The translations under genes and the position numbers were made by a program. This document shows, one piece after another, positions 13,953 to 26,492 of a DNA stretch of 64,000 nt. A model generated the notes under the pieces. That model had not been told where the DNA came from and did no database searches. It saw only the letters and a list, made by a program, of their open reading frames with translations. Each line of letters starts with the position of its first letter. Within the stretch, counting starts at the first letter, position 1. The DNA comes from Proteromonas lacertae. Taxonomy: Eukaryota. The DNA lies in assembly GCA_002245135.1 (NCBI GenBank), contig NGBS01001167.1:186001-250000 (forward strand), given 5' to 3'.

Positions 13953-16900
13953 TTATTCTTCTGCTGGAGCTTCTTCTCCTTCCTCGGCTGGTTGTTCTTC
14001 TCCTTCTGCTGGTTGTTCTTCTTCTGCTGGTTGTTCTTCTTCTGTTGGTATTTCCTCTGCTGGTGCTTCTCCTTCTTCAGCTGGTTGTTCTTCTTCTGTT
14101 GGTATTTCTCTGCTGTTGTTCTTCTTGGTTGTTCTTCTTCATTGTTTTTTCTTGTTGTTTTTTCTTCTGTTGGCTTCTTCTGTTGTTGTTCTTCTTCTGC
14201 TGGTTGTTCTTCTGTTGGTTGTTCTTCTTCTGTTGGTATTTCCTCTGCTGGTGCTTCTTCAGCTGGTTGTTCTTCAGCTGGTTGTTCTTCTGTTGGTTGT
14301 TCTTCTTCAGTTGGTTGTTCTTCTCCTTCTGTTGGAGCTTCTTCTGTTGGTTGTTCTTCTTCTGCTGGTTGTTCTTCTGTTGGTTGTTCTTCTTCTGTTG
14401 GTATTTCCTCTGCTGGTGCTTCTTCAGCTGGTTGTTCTTCAGCTGGTTGTTCTTCAGCTGGTTGTTCTTCAGCTGGTTGTTCTTCAGCTGGTTGTTCTTC
14501 AGCTGGTTGTTCTTCAGCTGGTTGTTCTTCTGTTGGTTGTTCTTCTTCAGTTGGTTGTTCTTCTCCTTCTGTTGGAGCTTCTTCTGTTGGTTGTTCTTCT
14601 TCTGCTGGTTGTTCTTCTGTTGGTTGTTCTTCTTCTGTTGGTATTTCCTCTGTTGGTGCTTCTTCAGCTGGTTGTTCTTCTGCTGGTTGTTCTTCAGCTG
14701 GTTGTTCAGATAACAAATATTTACCATTTAATGGAGATGATGCATCTTCAAATGGCATTACTTCTACACTTGAATTGAAATGATATATTAAAGGATTTGA
14801 ATATGGAATATGAACATTCATTATATCTTCATTACTAATGCCATCAATAGATTTAACAATTAATTTGATTGTTGATTCTGGACAACATACAATTACATTC
14901 TTACCACTTTGTAATAATTTCTTAATATTCTCTTCATAATAACTTGTAATACGTCTTTCAGCTAATTCTAATGATTCTCCTTTTGGTAGTAATTCTTTAT
15001 CTACATTATCATATCTTCTATCAATTGATTCATCAACATCATCAACAACTGGTGGCATAGCGGTGAAATCAGAAGATAATTGAGCAACCATATCTGGATA
15101 TTTCTCTTCAGCTGATGCTTTTTCTTCACCTTGTAAAATACCTAAATGTTGTGGGTTTAATTCCCATGATTTAGTTATTGGAATATGTACATAATTGGCT
15201 TCATCTAAAGCTAAATGTAATGATTTAATTGATCTTCCTAAACAGCATGTAAAACCAGCATCAAGTGGAATATTTGATTTTCCTAATACTTTACCAGCAT
15301 TGACAGAATGTGATTCTCCGGTTTCATTTAATGGAATATCTTTCCATCCAACAAATCCATTTGAAACAGATAAATCATCTTCACCATTTCTCATTAATAC
15401 TAAATAAGTAGTTCGTTGTGGAACTGCATTATCTATTACTTCTTTAACACTGTTTGACACTTCTTCAACTTCTTTATTAGCATCAACTCTGTATATAGTT
15501 ACACCTTGTTCTTCTAATTTTGCTACAACTGGTAAACTTTGATTTTGGAAAGTCTCAAATCTGTGTTTGATTGTTTCTTCATTATCATCAGCTCGACCAC
15601 TCGTCTCGCCTCGTTTTAATAATCTTTCAGTCATTACTTCTTCACTACATTCGAAGAATAAAACTCCAACTACATTCACATGACCACTCATTTCTTTATT
15701 CCAACCTTCTAAATTCTCTTCATTTCGAGGGAATCCATCAATTAAGAAATTGTGATGACCTTCATGACAATAAGATAACATCTTCTTTCTTAATAATCTA
15801 ATGGTTATTTCGATTGGAACTATAGTTCCAGCTTGGATATGTTCAGCTATTAATTGACCATCTTCACTTCCACTTTCTTGTTCTTCTCGTAAACAGTCTC
15901 CAGCACTGATATGACGGAATCCATAATGATCAACTATATAACTACATTGAGTTCCTTTACCACTTCCTGGACCTCCCAACACAAATATTACACTTGGATT
16001 ACCTCCAGGGAATTCATTCAAATTATTCACCATCACATTATCAACAGATTTACTCACTTCATCTTTCTCTTGTTCGGCATTTACTTTGAATACTTTTCCT
16101 TCTTTCTCATATAATTCGATTATGGGTTGACTTTCATTTTCGAATGTTAATAATCTCTTCTTTATACTTTCTTCATTATCATCAGCTCGACCACTTGTTT
16201 GAGCTCGGAATAAGATTCTTTGAGTCATACATTCTTCACTACATTCAAAGCATAATACTCCCAATAAATTCACTTTATCAGCTAATTCATTATTATATAC
16301 TTCGATATTTTCCATATTTCGAGGAAATCCATCTAATAAAATCTTGTTTTTACCACTACTGTTTAATTCCATTATCTTATCTCGCATTAAACCAATTAAT
16401 AAACTAGTTGGAACTAATTTACCTTCACTCATTAAGTCTTTCAAGGTTTGACTTGTTTCAGTATCTTTTGTACATTCTTCTCTCAATAAATCACCTGTGG
16501 AAATATGAGCATATCCATATGTATTTTCTATATATTCACATTGTGTTCCTTTACCACTTCCTGGACCACCCAATACAAATAATAATGATGGTTTGCTTCT
16601 ATCAATTTCAACTTCAGGTGGTTTTTCTTCTGTTGGTTTTTCTTCTGCTGGTGCTTCTTCTGTTGGTTGTTCTTCTGCTGGAGTTTCTTCTGCTGGAGTT
16701 TCTTCTACTGGTACTTCTTCTGTTGGTTGTTCTTCTGTTGGTTGTTCTTCTGTTGGTGTTTCTTCTGCTGGTGTTTCTTCTGCTGGAGTTTCTTCTACTG
16801 GTACTTCTTCTGTTGGTTGTTCTTCTGTTGGTTGTTCTTCTGTTGGTTGTTCTTCTGTTGGTTGTTCTTCTGCTGGTGTTTCTTCTGCTGGTGTTTCTTC

Positions 16901-18941
16901 TGCTGGTACTTCTTCTACAGTAGCTTGTAGATTACCTTCTTCAATGTGTAAATTGGTTGTATTAATAATATGATTCATTATTTTATCAACTTCAGATGAT
17001 ACACTTTCTGTATCACCTTCTGCATTAATTCTATTCACTAATCCACTTGCTTCTAATTGATGAACTACAGGAAGTGAATCATTTTGGAATGTAACGAATC
17101 TGTGTTTGATTGTTTCTTCATTATCATCAGCTCGACCACTCGTCTCGCCTCGTTTTAATAATCTTTCAGTCATTACTTCTTCACTACATTCGAAGAATAA
17201 AACTCCAACTACATTCACATGACCACTCATTTCTTTATTCCAACCTTCTAAATTCTCTTCATTTCGAGGGAATCCATCAATTAAGAAATTGTGATGACCT
17301 TCATGACAATAAGATAACATCTTCTTTCTTAATAATCTAATGGTTATTTCGATTGGAACTATAGTTCCAGCTTGGATATGTTCAGCTATTAATTGACCAT
17401 CTTCACTTCCACTTTCTTGTTCTTCTCGTAAACAGTCTCCAGCACTGATATGACGGAATCCATAATGATCAACTATATAACTACATTGAGTTCCTTTACC
17501 ACTTCCTGGACCTCCCAACACAAATATTACACTTGGATTACCTCCAGGGAATTCATTCAAATTATTCACCATCACATTATCAACAGATTTACTCACTTCA
17601 TCTTTCTCTTGTTCGGCATTTACTTTGAATACTTTTCCTTCTTTCTCATATAATTCGATTATGGGTTGACTTTCATTTTCGAATGTTAATAATCTCTTCT
17701 TTATACTTTCTTCATTATCATCAGCTCGACCACTTGTTTGAGCTCGGAATAAGATTCTTTGAGTCATACATTCTTCACTACATTCAAAGCATAATACTCC
17801 CAATAAATTCACTTTATCAGCTAATTCATTATTATATACTTCGATATTTTCCATATTTCGAGGAAATCCATCTAATAAAATCTTGTTTTTACCACTACTG
17901 TTTAATTCCATTATCTTATCTCGCATTAAACCAATTAATAAACTAGTTGGAACTAATTTACCTTCACTCATTAAGTCTTTCAAGGTTTGACTTGTTTCAG
18001 TATCTTTTGTACATTCTTCTCTCAATAAATCACCTGTGGAAATATGAGCATATCCATATGTATTTTCTATATATTCACATTGTGTTCCTTTACCACTTCC
18101 TGGACCACCCAATACAAACAATAATGATGGTTTTGGTCCTGTTGCAACTTCATTAAATTGAGCAGCTAATTTTTGTTCTAATTCTTTAGATACACTGTCT
18201 GGATCTTGTTCTACATTTACTTTCACAATTTGTCCTTGTGATTCATAATAATCAGCGATGTATAATGTTTTATTAATAAATGATTCGTAGGATTCTAAGT
18301 ATTTATTTCTCTTCTCTTGTGGAGCTTCTAATACCCTTCTCATTATGAATTCTTTTGATGCCTCTAAAACTACAGCTCCTTTTACATCACAATACTTATC
18401 CATTTCTAATTTCCATGCATTAAAATTGTCAATATTGACTGGGAATCCATAAATGAGGAATTTAGAGTGGTTTTGTTTGACAAAATGATCCATTCTTTTA
18501 ATTAATAGTTTTCCTAATAAATCACATGGAATTATTCTTCCTTTTGATTTTAATTTCATTATTCTTTTTCCATCATGTGAAGCTCTATGTTAAACTTATA
18601 AAAATAAATAAATATACTTTTCTTCTTCCATTTTTACTAAATTTGACATACTTAAATAAGTATATCCAAATTTACGTTCTAAATTCATAGCTTGTGCCTT
18701 TCTTCCTATCAAAAAATATAAAAAAGTAAAATAATACCAACTTGTGGTGGTCCCATCAATAATAATATTTCTGGTCTTACACCTTTGAATGGTTCTATTG
18801 TTTACACAATAAAAAATAAAAATATACGATTTGGATCATCTAAAAAAAATATAAAAATAAGAATATATACCTGGATTTGTAGCTTTTAAAGCAGACTCAG
18901 CGCTATAAAATAAATATATTTACATTTAAATACCTTCCCAT
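13953..18941 (-). CDS. Multidomain protein: 5 adenylate/UMP-CMP kinase domains (first degenerate), inactive phosphoglycerate-mutase-like domain and Glu-rich repeats
   Basis: Four GGPGSGKGTQC/DGFPRN/GRADDNEE domains. Spliced 5' exons give MGSAESALKATNP...LMGPPQVGRKAQ (fifth, degenerate domain). dPGM-like region at about 14720-15415. The repeat-frame stop is TAA at 13953-13955; indels near 14100-14190 shift the supplied ORF. Confidence 0.88.
13956..14706 (-). repeat. Coding minisatellite (EEQPA/EEQPT units) with higher-order 240-bp duplication
   Basis: 15-18-nt units. 14281-14400 is identical to 14521-14640. Confidence 0.95.
15558..18133. repeat. Near-perfect ~1.04-kb direct repeat (15558-16594 and 17097-18133, offset 1539) inside the kinase gene
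   Basis: Identical translated ORFs in several frames at offset 1539. One synonymous mismatch noticed (16580 vs 18119). Confidence 0.95.
16620..16920 (-). repeat. Coding minisatellite, 15-nt EE(Q/T/V/A)P(T/A) linker
   Basis: Tandem 15-nt units separating the two kinase-domain pairs. Confidence 0.95.
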
Positions 18942-19072
18942 TTGTATATTTCAATTAGAAATCAATCAAAAACGATTTTTGTAACGAAAATAATCTGAAA
19001 CGAGTATATTATTGAAACAAAAAACTAGACGTTAATATTAATTTAAATAATTTCTTTGGTTTATACGCAACT

Positions 19073-20537
19073 ATGGATGATGAATGGGAATTAGATAAAG
19101 AAAATATTAAACCAGCCAAGAAAGGCCATAATGTTGATACTATAAATGAAGTACTAAAAGTACAAAGCAAAGCAGAGAAATTGAACTATTTAGAACAACA
19201 AAAAATGTATATTAGATTTATTATGTGTTTAAAATAGGTATTATGAAAGTAATATAGATAAATACAATGGAATTGATCCATTATCACCTTGGTTAATGTA
19301 TATAACTGTTTAATATATTGTTAGTTATATAAAATGGATTAGAGATACATATGTAAGTGGTTCAGATAGTCCTATTCGATCTGTGATAGAAAATTGTGTA
19401 AACAGATTTCTTTCAGGTGAACAATATCGAAATGATGATAGATATATTAGTTTATGTGTAGAATATGCCGATTTAGAATCAGATCCAGAACCAATTTTCG
19501 AATTCCTAGATTCAAAAGGTATTGGCAGTGAAAGTGGATTTTATGCAATAGCCAAAGCAGTAGTAAAAGAAGAAAAAAAGAATTACATAGAAAGTGATAG
19601 AATATATAGAGATGCCATAAAGCGATTACTACCTCCACAAAACACAGTAAAATTATCATATTCAGAGTTTCTAAGGAGAATAAGGAGAAGTATTATAAAT
19701 TACTGTAAAGAAAGAATTGCCTTAGGAAAACCAGTAATAAATGAATTGTTGGAAATAGAGAAACAAGAGCCAAATATTTATAATAAAAATGTCAAAAAAG
19801 CAATTCACGTATTGACAGCTCATGAAGCTAATAAAAATCCAAATAAAAAGGGATTAATGCCAACTGATAATTCAAATAAACCAATAATTAAATTAAATAA
19901 TTATAATAATGGAATAATGAATAATAATAATAATAAAAAGGAGTTTAAAATATATCATGATGATGATGAAGAAGAAAATAATATAAATGTAAATAATAAT
20001 AATCAAATGATGATGATGATGGAAGAAGAAGAAGAAGAAATAGGAGGAAATAATAATAATAAATTACTTAATAGTATCAATAATAGAAATGGTAATTGGA
20101 ATAATTTAAATAGTCATGAAGAAAGAACCAAAGAGAATATAGTTAATAAAAGGAAATGGAATGAAATAAAGATAGTTCAAAATAGAGGTAAAAATACAAA
20201 TGAAAAGAAAAGTTCATTTCAAATATACCGAGATGATGAGAATGATGAAGAGTTAAAAACAAGAAATATAAGGAGGAAGTTGGAATATAATACTGAATAT
20301 AACTATAGTAACAAAAGATCAAATGGATTAGAAGAGGAAAATGAAGAAGAAGATGATATGACTGTTAATACTAAAAAAGCGTTAGAAGAATTATCTGATT
20401 TGTATAGTACACCAAGTTGGTGTTTAAAGAAACCTCCCAAACCGTTTATTACACCTCATCCAAATAATAATAAAGATGTTAATAAAGAATTATTAATGAA
20501 ATTGAGTAGTGAAGTATTAAGAAAAGTAGAAAAATAG
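19073..20537 (+). CDS. Spindle checkpoint protein Mad3/Bub1 (MadBub) without kinase domain
   Basis: WELDKENIKP KEN box, DPLSPW..YIKW and YRNDDRYI TPR region, second KEN, two ABBA-like motifs and a CD1-like motif. Confidence 0.85.
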
Positions 20538-20649
20538 TTTTTCTTTAATATTTCTACATGTTTTTTTTATTTTTGTATTTTTGTATAATTTTTGTATTAT
20601 TGAACAAACATATCTCAAATCATAATAATAATATATATTCTCCCATTAT

Positions 20650-22298
20650 TTAATAACATATACACTCTTCACAATAATCATAATCTAACTTCTCTTCTTC
20701 TTTATCAGCTAATGTTCCATATTTACTTACCATATTCATTCCAACTCTACTAACATATTCACTATATTCATCACTTCCCATGTAATTACTATAAATATAT
20801 TCTACAGCTTGTTCATTCTCCATATGCAATAAATCATCCATTTTCTTGTATAAATTCATGTAGAAATGGAAAATTAGTTTTTCTCCTCTTATCATTATAA
20901 TTGCATGTCGGTTATTACTGAATGGTTCTAAGTTACCTTCTTCTAACAACTTTTCATCTACCTCTATATCGTTTTTATATAGTTTTAATCTTCTTCTACT
21001 CATTTCACTCAATGCTTTTAATACTTTTAATTCTGTATTCAAACCTAATGCTTGTTTACAATAATCTAAGATTGAACTTCTACTGTTGTTGGCTGTAGTT
21101 TCTAAATCTGCTAATTCTTCTTCATTACAAAGGATTAAACGCAATTACAATTAATTAAAGAAATATAAAATAATAATAATAATATGTATAAACAAAAAGG
21201 ATATATATGCAAATAATAGATAAGGTTCAGGATCATAATAATAATTAGTTATTCTACAACCATAAGTATCACTATATCCACACATTGATAATAGACGATA
21301 CTATTGATTTATATAAATATATATATATATATGTAATACTTTTCTAGATCTAAATGGATCTGATTTTGGTATAGTAAATCTTGTATATATTTCATTAGGA
21401 CATCTTCCATCTGACTCTATATTATTCTCAATAGCAAATCCATAGTTTAATAAGAATCGATGATTACATTTCTTACCATAACTATCATATACTTGATTAC
21501 CTCCCTATCAATAATAATAATAATATATATATATTTATACAGTTAAATTTACCAATGAAGTAATCTGAAATGCTCCACTCTCTTCATCATAACACCAAGC
21601 TGTTTCTCTCGGTCTATAGTGATTCAACATATCAGCAAAAGGTACCATAGCGCTAGTTTGAACTCCATTGATAGTTAAACCAAAATTTCTACTACATACT
21701 ATCATACGAGCCCAAGCAAACCTATCTATACTAAATCTCTTGAAAGTTGGATCAATTGCACATATTTTGTCATAATCACTTCGGAATGCTTCTTTTACGA
21801 TCTTCTACTTGTTGTAATAAATAACTTCCCTTTAACCACTCTAATTCTTCGTCACTCCAGAAAATTGGGAAGTTTGGTGTGGTTTGAGGTAATGTATCAT
21901 AATATGGACGGAAGAAAGAGTCAGGTTTTTCTCCATCTATTAATAAAAACAAAAGAAGGTAAATGTGTTTTGGAGCTTCAAAATCTAGGTTAGCTTCAAT
22001 TATTTTCTTGCTTAATTCAAGCTCCATGCCCATTTCTACAGTAAACAACAACTTTAAAGGTATTTCACAGATTACTTTGTTTGCTTCAATATCATTCTTT
22101 TGCATGAACACCACGTACCTATTTAATAAAGTGAAATAAAAAGTTTACTTCTGGTGTATAGCTAACCATTTCCAATTGTGGGAATTTTGCACCATTTTCA
22201 GTGAGCCAGTCAAGAAGTCTATCATATCGATCACCTTCATTGACTGTCTTAGTAAATTTATCTCTATCTGGATTAAACTCAGCTGCTTCCTTGCTCAT
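20650..22298 (-). CDS. SET-domain protein methyltransferase (SETD3/Rubisco LSMT-like)
   Basis: WARMIVCSRNFG, AMVPFADMLNH and YDSYGKKCNHRFLLNYGF, followed by an LSMT substrate-binding-like C-terminus. Confidence 0.88.
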
Positions 22299-22450
22299 TT
22301 AAAATAAAATGGTGGATGAAACGAAATTATTTTTGAATTTGAAAGTTTGAATTTGAAATTGAATGTCATTTTTCTCTTTAACCACATTAAAAAATGACTG
22401 ATTTAAGTTTTATCAAACAGTAACAAACAATGAAAACGACAAAATAAAAC

Positions 22451-24553
22451 TTATAAAATCGGTTCAGGGATATATTCATCAAATCTATGTTCTAATTCAT
22501 ACTCGTGTTCTTCTACCAATCGTTTCAAATGCTCTAATTCAATCAATACATCACACTGTTCTACTGGAATCATCAAATTTCCTTTGTGTTGTTTCAACAA
22601 CATTTACAATCTCATCTAAGAACGATCTCTCCAATTCAACTCTTTCACTATCTCTATCAAACCTTTCTTCTTCTTTTATATCATTATACTCTTTTATTCT
22701 ATTAAACATATAATCTGAAAATTCTTTATCATCCTTTAGATTATAGTATGAATTATATAAACATGCTGGTATTTTCACACCCAAACTAGTGATTGTATTA
22801 TCACCATACGTAATCCTTTGAAAACCAGAGTATCTAGAATCAACTTCAATCCAGCCATCTTTTAAGAATTCTTTTATCATCTATATTATATATAACAAAC
22901 AATAATAACGATATATACTTTTAATCCATTTTCTGGATGTCTTTCTTGTTTTGTCACAAAATCATTAATTGGATGTTGTTTCAATATCACATTTACAATA
23001 CCTCTGAGTAAAGGAACTCTCTTTGTCACATCCAAAAACATCTCTTTACCTCCCCACACATCATATACATCTTCATGTAGAATATTTAGAATTGTAGTTA
23101 AAAACATTGACATTGGTGGAAATGAAGTGAATGAATCTAATGTTGAACCATCTCCATGAAATAAACGCATAATCTCCCAATATATTGAAGCATTCATATC
23201 TAAAATAAAAATAATTAAAAATAGTTAAATACTCATATCATTATATAATCTATCTTTCAATTGATTTCCTTCATTTATCACTCTATTTTGACAATAATCT
23301 TCAAATTTACTATAATCAAATTCATTATTTTCATTTAATGAATTCTTATATGCTAATTCTATATCAGATTCTCTTGTTCCAATTGATGAAACTAAAAACC
23401 GTTTCACTTTTACATCCATCCAATCATATTCATCTAATTCATTTATACTTCTATCTCCAACTCTTAAAGTCAAAACTTTCTATTATTTAAACAAAAATAA
23501 AATAAAATAAATATATATATAAATTATACATTCTTTATTGAAATCTTGTATAAAAGGAACAGTTGTAATAATAACACTTCTTAAATTACTTTCATTCATC
23601 ATTTTATCAATAAAATCATTATTCACATCTTCATTATCAGATGTAATAGAGATTATTATCTTCAATGAATTTGTTGGAAGTTTAAATAACATATTACTAT
23701 CTAAAGTTTCCAATTCTTTTCCAATTAATTGTAACTTTTCTTCATTATTTAAATTTGATAATTCTTCTTCAGTTGGAAGTGGGAAATCGTGAAGTATTGG
23801 ATCAAATTGTGATTTATCATCTTCTGGGTTATAGTAATTCTCTAATACACCTCCTCCTTCTTTATCAAACATATGGTTTGAATAATTGAATTTCATTTTG
23901 ATTTCATCATCTTTTTTATCATTTTCATTTATTTTAGAACCATCTTCATTTTCTATTAATTTATTTTGGATGTAGTTATTACAAGTATTCTGTAGTATTT
24001 CCCATGTATTTATTCCATTATCTTTATTTCTCTTATTGTTAAATAATGATAATAATGTCAAAGCAACTGATGAAAAACTATTGACTATGTGATAAAATTT
24101 TGATGATTTTATCATCTTTGAGTTGTAATAGGAAAATAAATATTCATTTAGACTTTGATTAGAAGAAGATTTGTTGGATTTCTGTATGTTTGATATATTA
24201 TAAACAATAAAATGATCTTCTAATGATATTTTGTCTAGTAGAGTATGTTTACCACAGCCAGAAGGACCAGCTATTACTAAAGGACAAGAAAAAGGCAATT
24301 GAAACAGAGTTTGAAGTATATTTGTATATTTGGAGTTTAATCTGCTACATTCTATCAATCAATTTAGAATATAACAATACTTTTCTCGTTCTCAATTTCT
24401 AAATCTGATTCTATGATTTTACCTAATCTCTTTCTGTAATAATTTCTCTGCACAATTGGTGCTGTTCCAAATGCACAAACTACACATATATTGATGAATA
24501 AAAATACCTGTAGCTAATGCAATTGAAGTAAAACAAACTTTGAGTTTTTTCAT
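22451..24553 (-). CDS. Uncharacterised P-loop NTPase-like protein with hydrophobic N-terminus
   Basis: Walker A-like IAGPSGCGKHT. Exons join in frame from ATG 24553; one apparent indel near 22565; stop at 22451-22453. Confidence 0.55.
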
Positions 24554-24570
24554 TTTAATTTTTCATTTTG

Positions 24571-26378
24571 ATGTTTAAATTCCTAAGAAGAGAGTTATTT
24601 GGCTATCCAAAAGCAGCAAAACTGTTCCCAAGTATATATGATTGCATAACAAGTAATAGGTCCGTCTTTAAAGAAGGCATTAGCTAAATGGGACTTAGAC
24701 ACACCTTTATCCAGCATGACACCATTCATCAAAGAAAAGTTCATATGCTTTCCAATAAAGAACGCGAATCAAATAGAAGTAATGTATGATCCAAGAGTTT
24801 TCTATAAAAAGCTAGTTGTATTATATAACTATCTCTGTGGTATAGGATGGAGTTAAAAGTGCAAAAGATCGTGTTTTCTTAAGTTGTCTGTATTTAGGTA
24901 CAGGTAAATTAGAACATGAACTACTAGGAGCAATAGAATCAAATATAAAACAAAATTCAAACTTGCAAGTGATAATTCTATTAGATAAATGTCGTGCATT
25001 AAGAGGACATCCAGATAATAGTTCAGTAAGTGTAATTGAAGATTTACTTCACAAATATCCAAGAAAGTATATATATATATTATTTAATATATTTAGTATA
25101 TCACTATATTTACATGGCACACCTCATTTATATGACATTCCTCCAGATACATTGCCAGGAAGAATTAATGAGATAATCGGAGTTCATCATATGAAGGTAT
25201 ATGGTTGGGATGACAATGTTATAATCAGTGGTGCTAATCTCAGTAATGATTATTTCGTAAATAGACAGGATAGATATGTATTATTTCATGATAATGATAT
25301 GTCTCATTTTTACTACAAATTGGTTGGGACATTTTGTGGATTCTCAAGCCATGTTCGACCAAATGGAACAATTCATAACTTTATATGTATTTATTATTTT
25401 ATTTATATTATTTTTTGTATATAGTTACTGAAGATCAAAGATTACAATTATTACACGATATCAGCACAATATTTCAACCATCATCTTTACCAACTATCAA
25501 AACAATAGAAGAAATGGAAAAAGAGAATAAAAAGTCATTTAATTATAATATTCCACAAACATATGTGTTACCTACTATACAATATGGAATTATTGGTGCT
25601 AGATTAGATGAAATAGTATGTCATGATTTATTGAGTAAAATATGTATGAAGTTTTATGAGATTACTTCAGCTACTGGATATATGAATTATCCACTGTCAA
25701 CTATTAAGCAGTTTAACAGTTTTGAAAGTCATATTGAGTTATTAACTTCTACTCCTGTTGCTAATAGTTTTTATAGTGATAAAAGTGCTGGTGGAATGAT
25801 TCCTAGGTTTTATTCAGCTGTATAAATTATTATTATTTATTATTGTTAGAATGAGAAAAAGATATTTAACGAGTTAAATATGAAGAATAATAGTGATAGA
25901 TTATTGTATTATATAATATGAATATATTATTTTATTTATATATTTATTAGATTTGAATATATCAAGAAGGATTGGACTTATCATGGCAAAGGAATGTGGT
26001 GTAAAAGATATAATGATTTCTTACCTTCAATTATTTGTTTAGGAAGTACTAATTATGGAAGAAGATCGTATGAAAGAGATTCAGAAACACAATTATATAT
26101 ATTTACTAATGATACAAAAGATATCTTTTTATTTTTTAAATATATTTTAAACCATAAAGTTATTCATTAATTTAATTTAATTCAAACTCAATTCCAAAAT
26201 GAAATAACCAATATAAAGAAAGATGTATTTATATTTTTTTATTTTATTATGTTATGAATAGTGTAAAATAATAAATGATTCTGATTTTGAAGATGTGAGA
26301 AGAATACCTCCTTATGTGAAGAAAGTGCCAAATTTTGTAATTAAAATGCTATTACCATTTGTATGTAAATATCTATAA
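24571..26378 (+). CDS. PGS1: CDP-diacylglycerol:glycerol-3-phosphate phosphatidyltransferase (PLD-type)
   Basis: FLSCLYLGTG, GVHHMKVYGWDDNVIISGANLSNDYFVNRQDRY, WTYHGKGMW and GSTNYGRRSYERD. Confidence 0.92.
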
Positions 26379-26492
26379 CGGAATAATTTTCTTGTTTGTT
26401 ATTGAATGTATTATTTGATTATTACTAAAATATAACAATGTATATCAATTATTTATTTAATTATGTGAAATGAGTAGATATAATGTGTATAT

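Noticed and set aside
13940..14783. Long L/V/F/C/S-rich plus-strand ORFs (also 16408-16973) and the K/N/Q-rich 14077-14727 ORF
   Set aside because: Antisense and alternative-frame shadows of the EEQP coding minisatellites.
13956..16920. CRISPR-like array
   Set aside because: Repeats are contiguous in-frame coding units with no unique spacers, there are no cas genes, and the context is eukaryotic.
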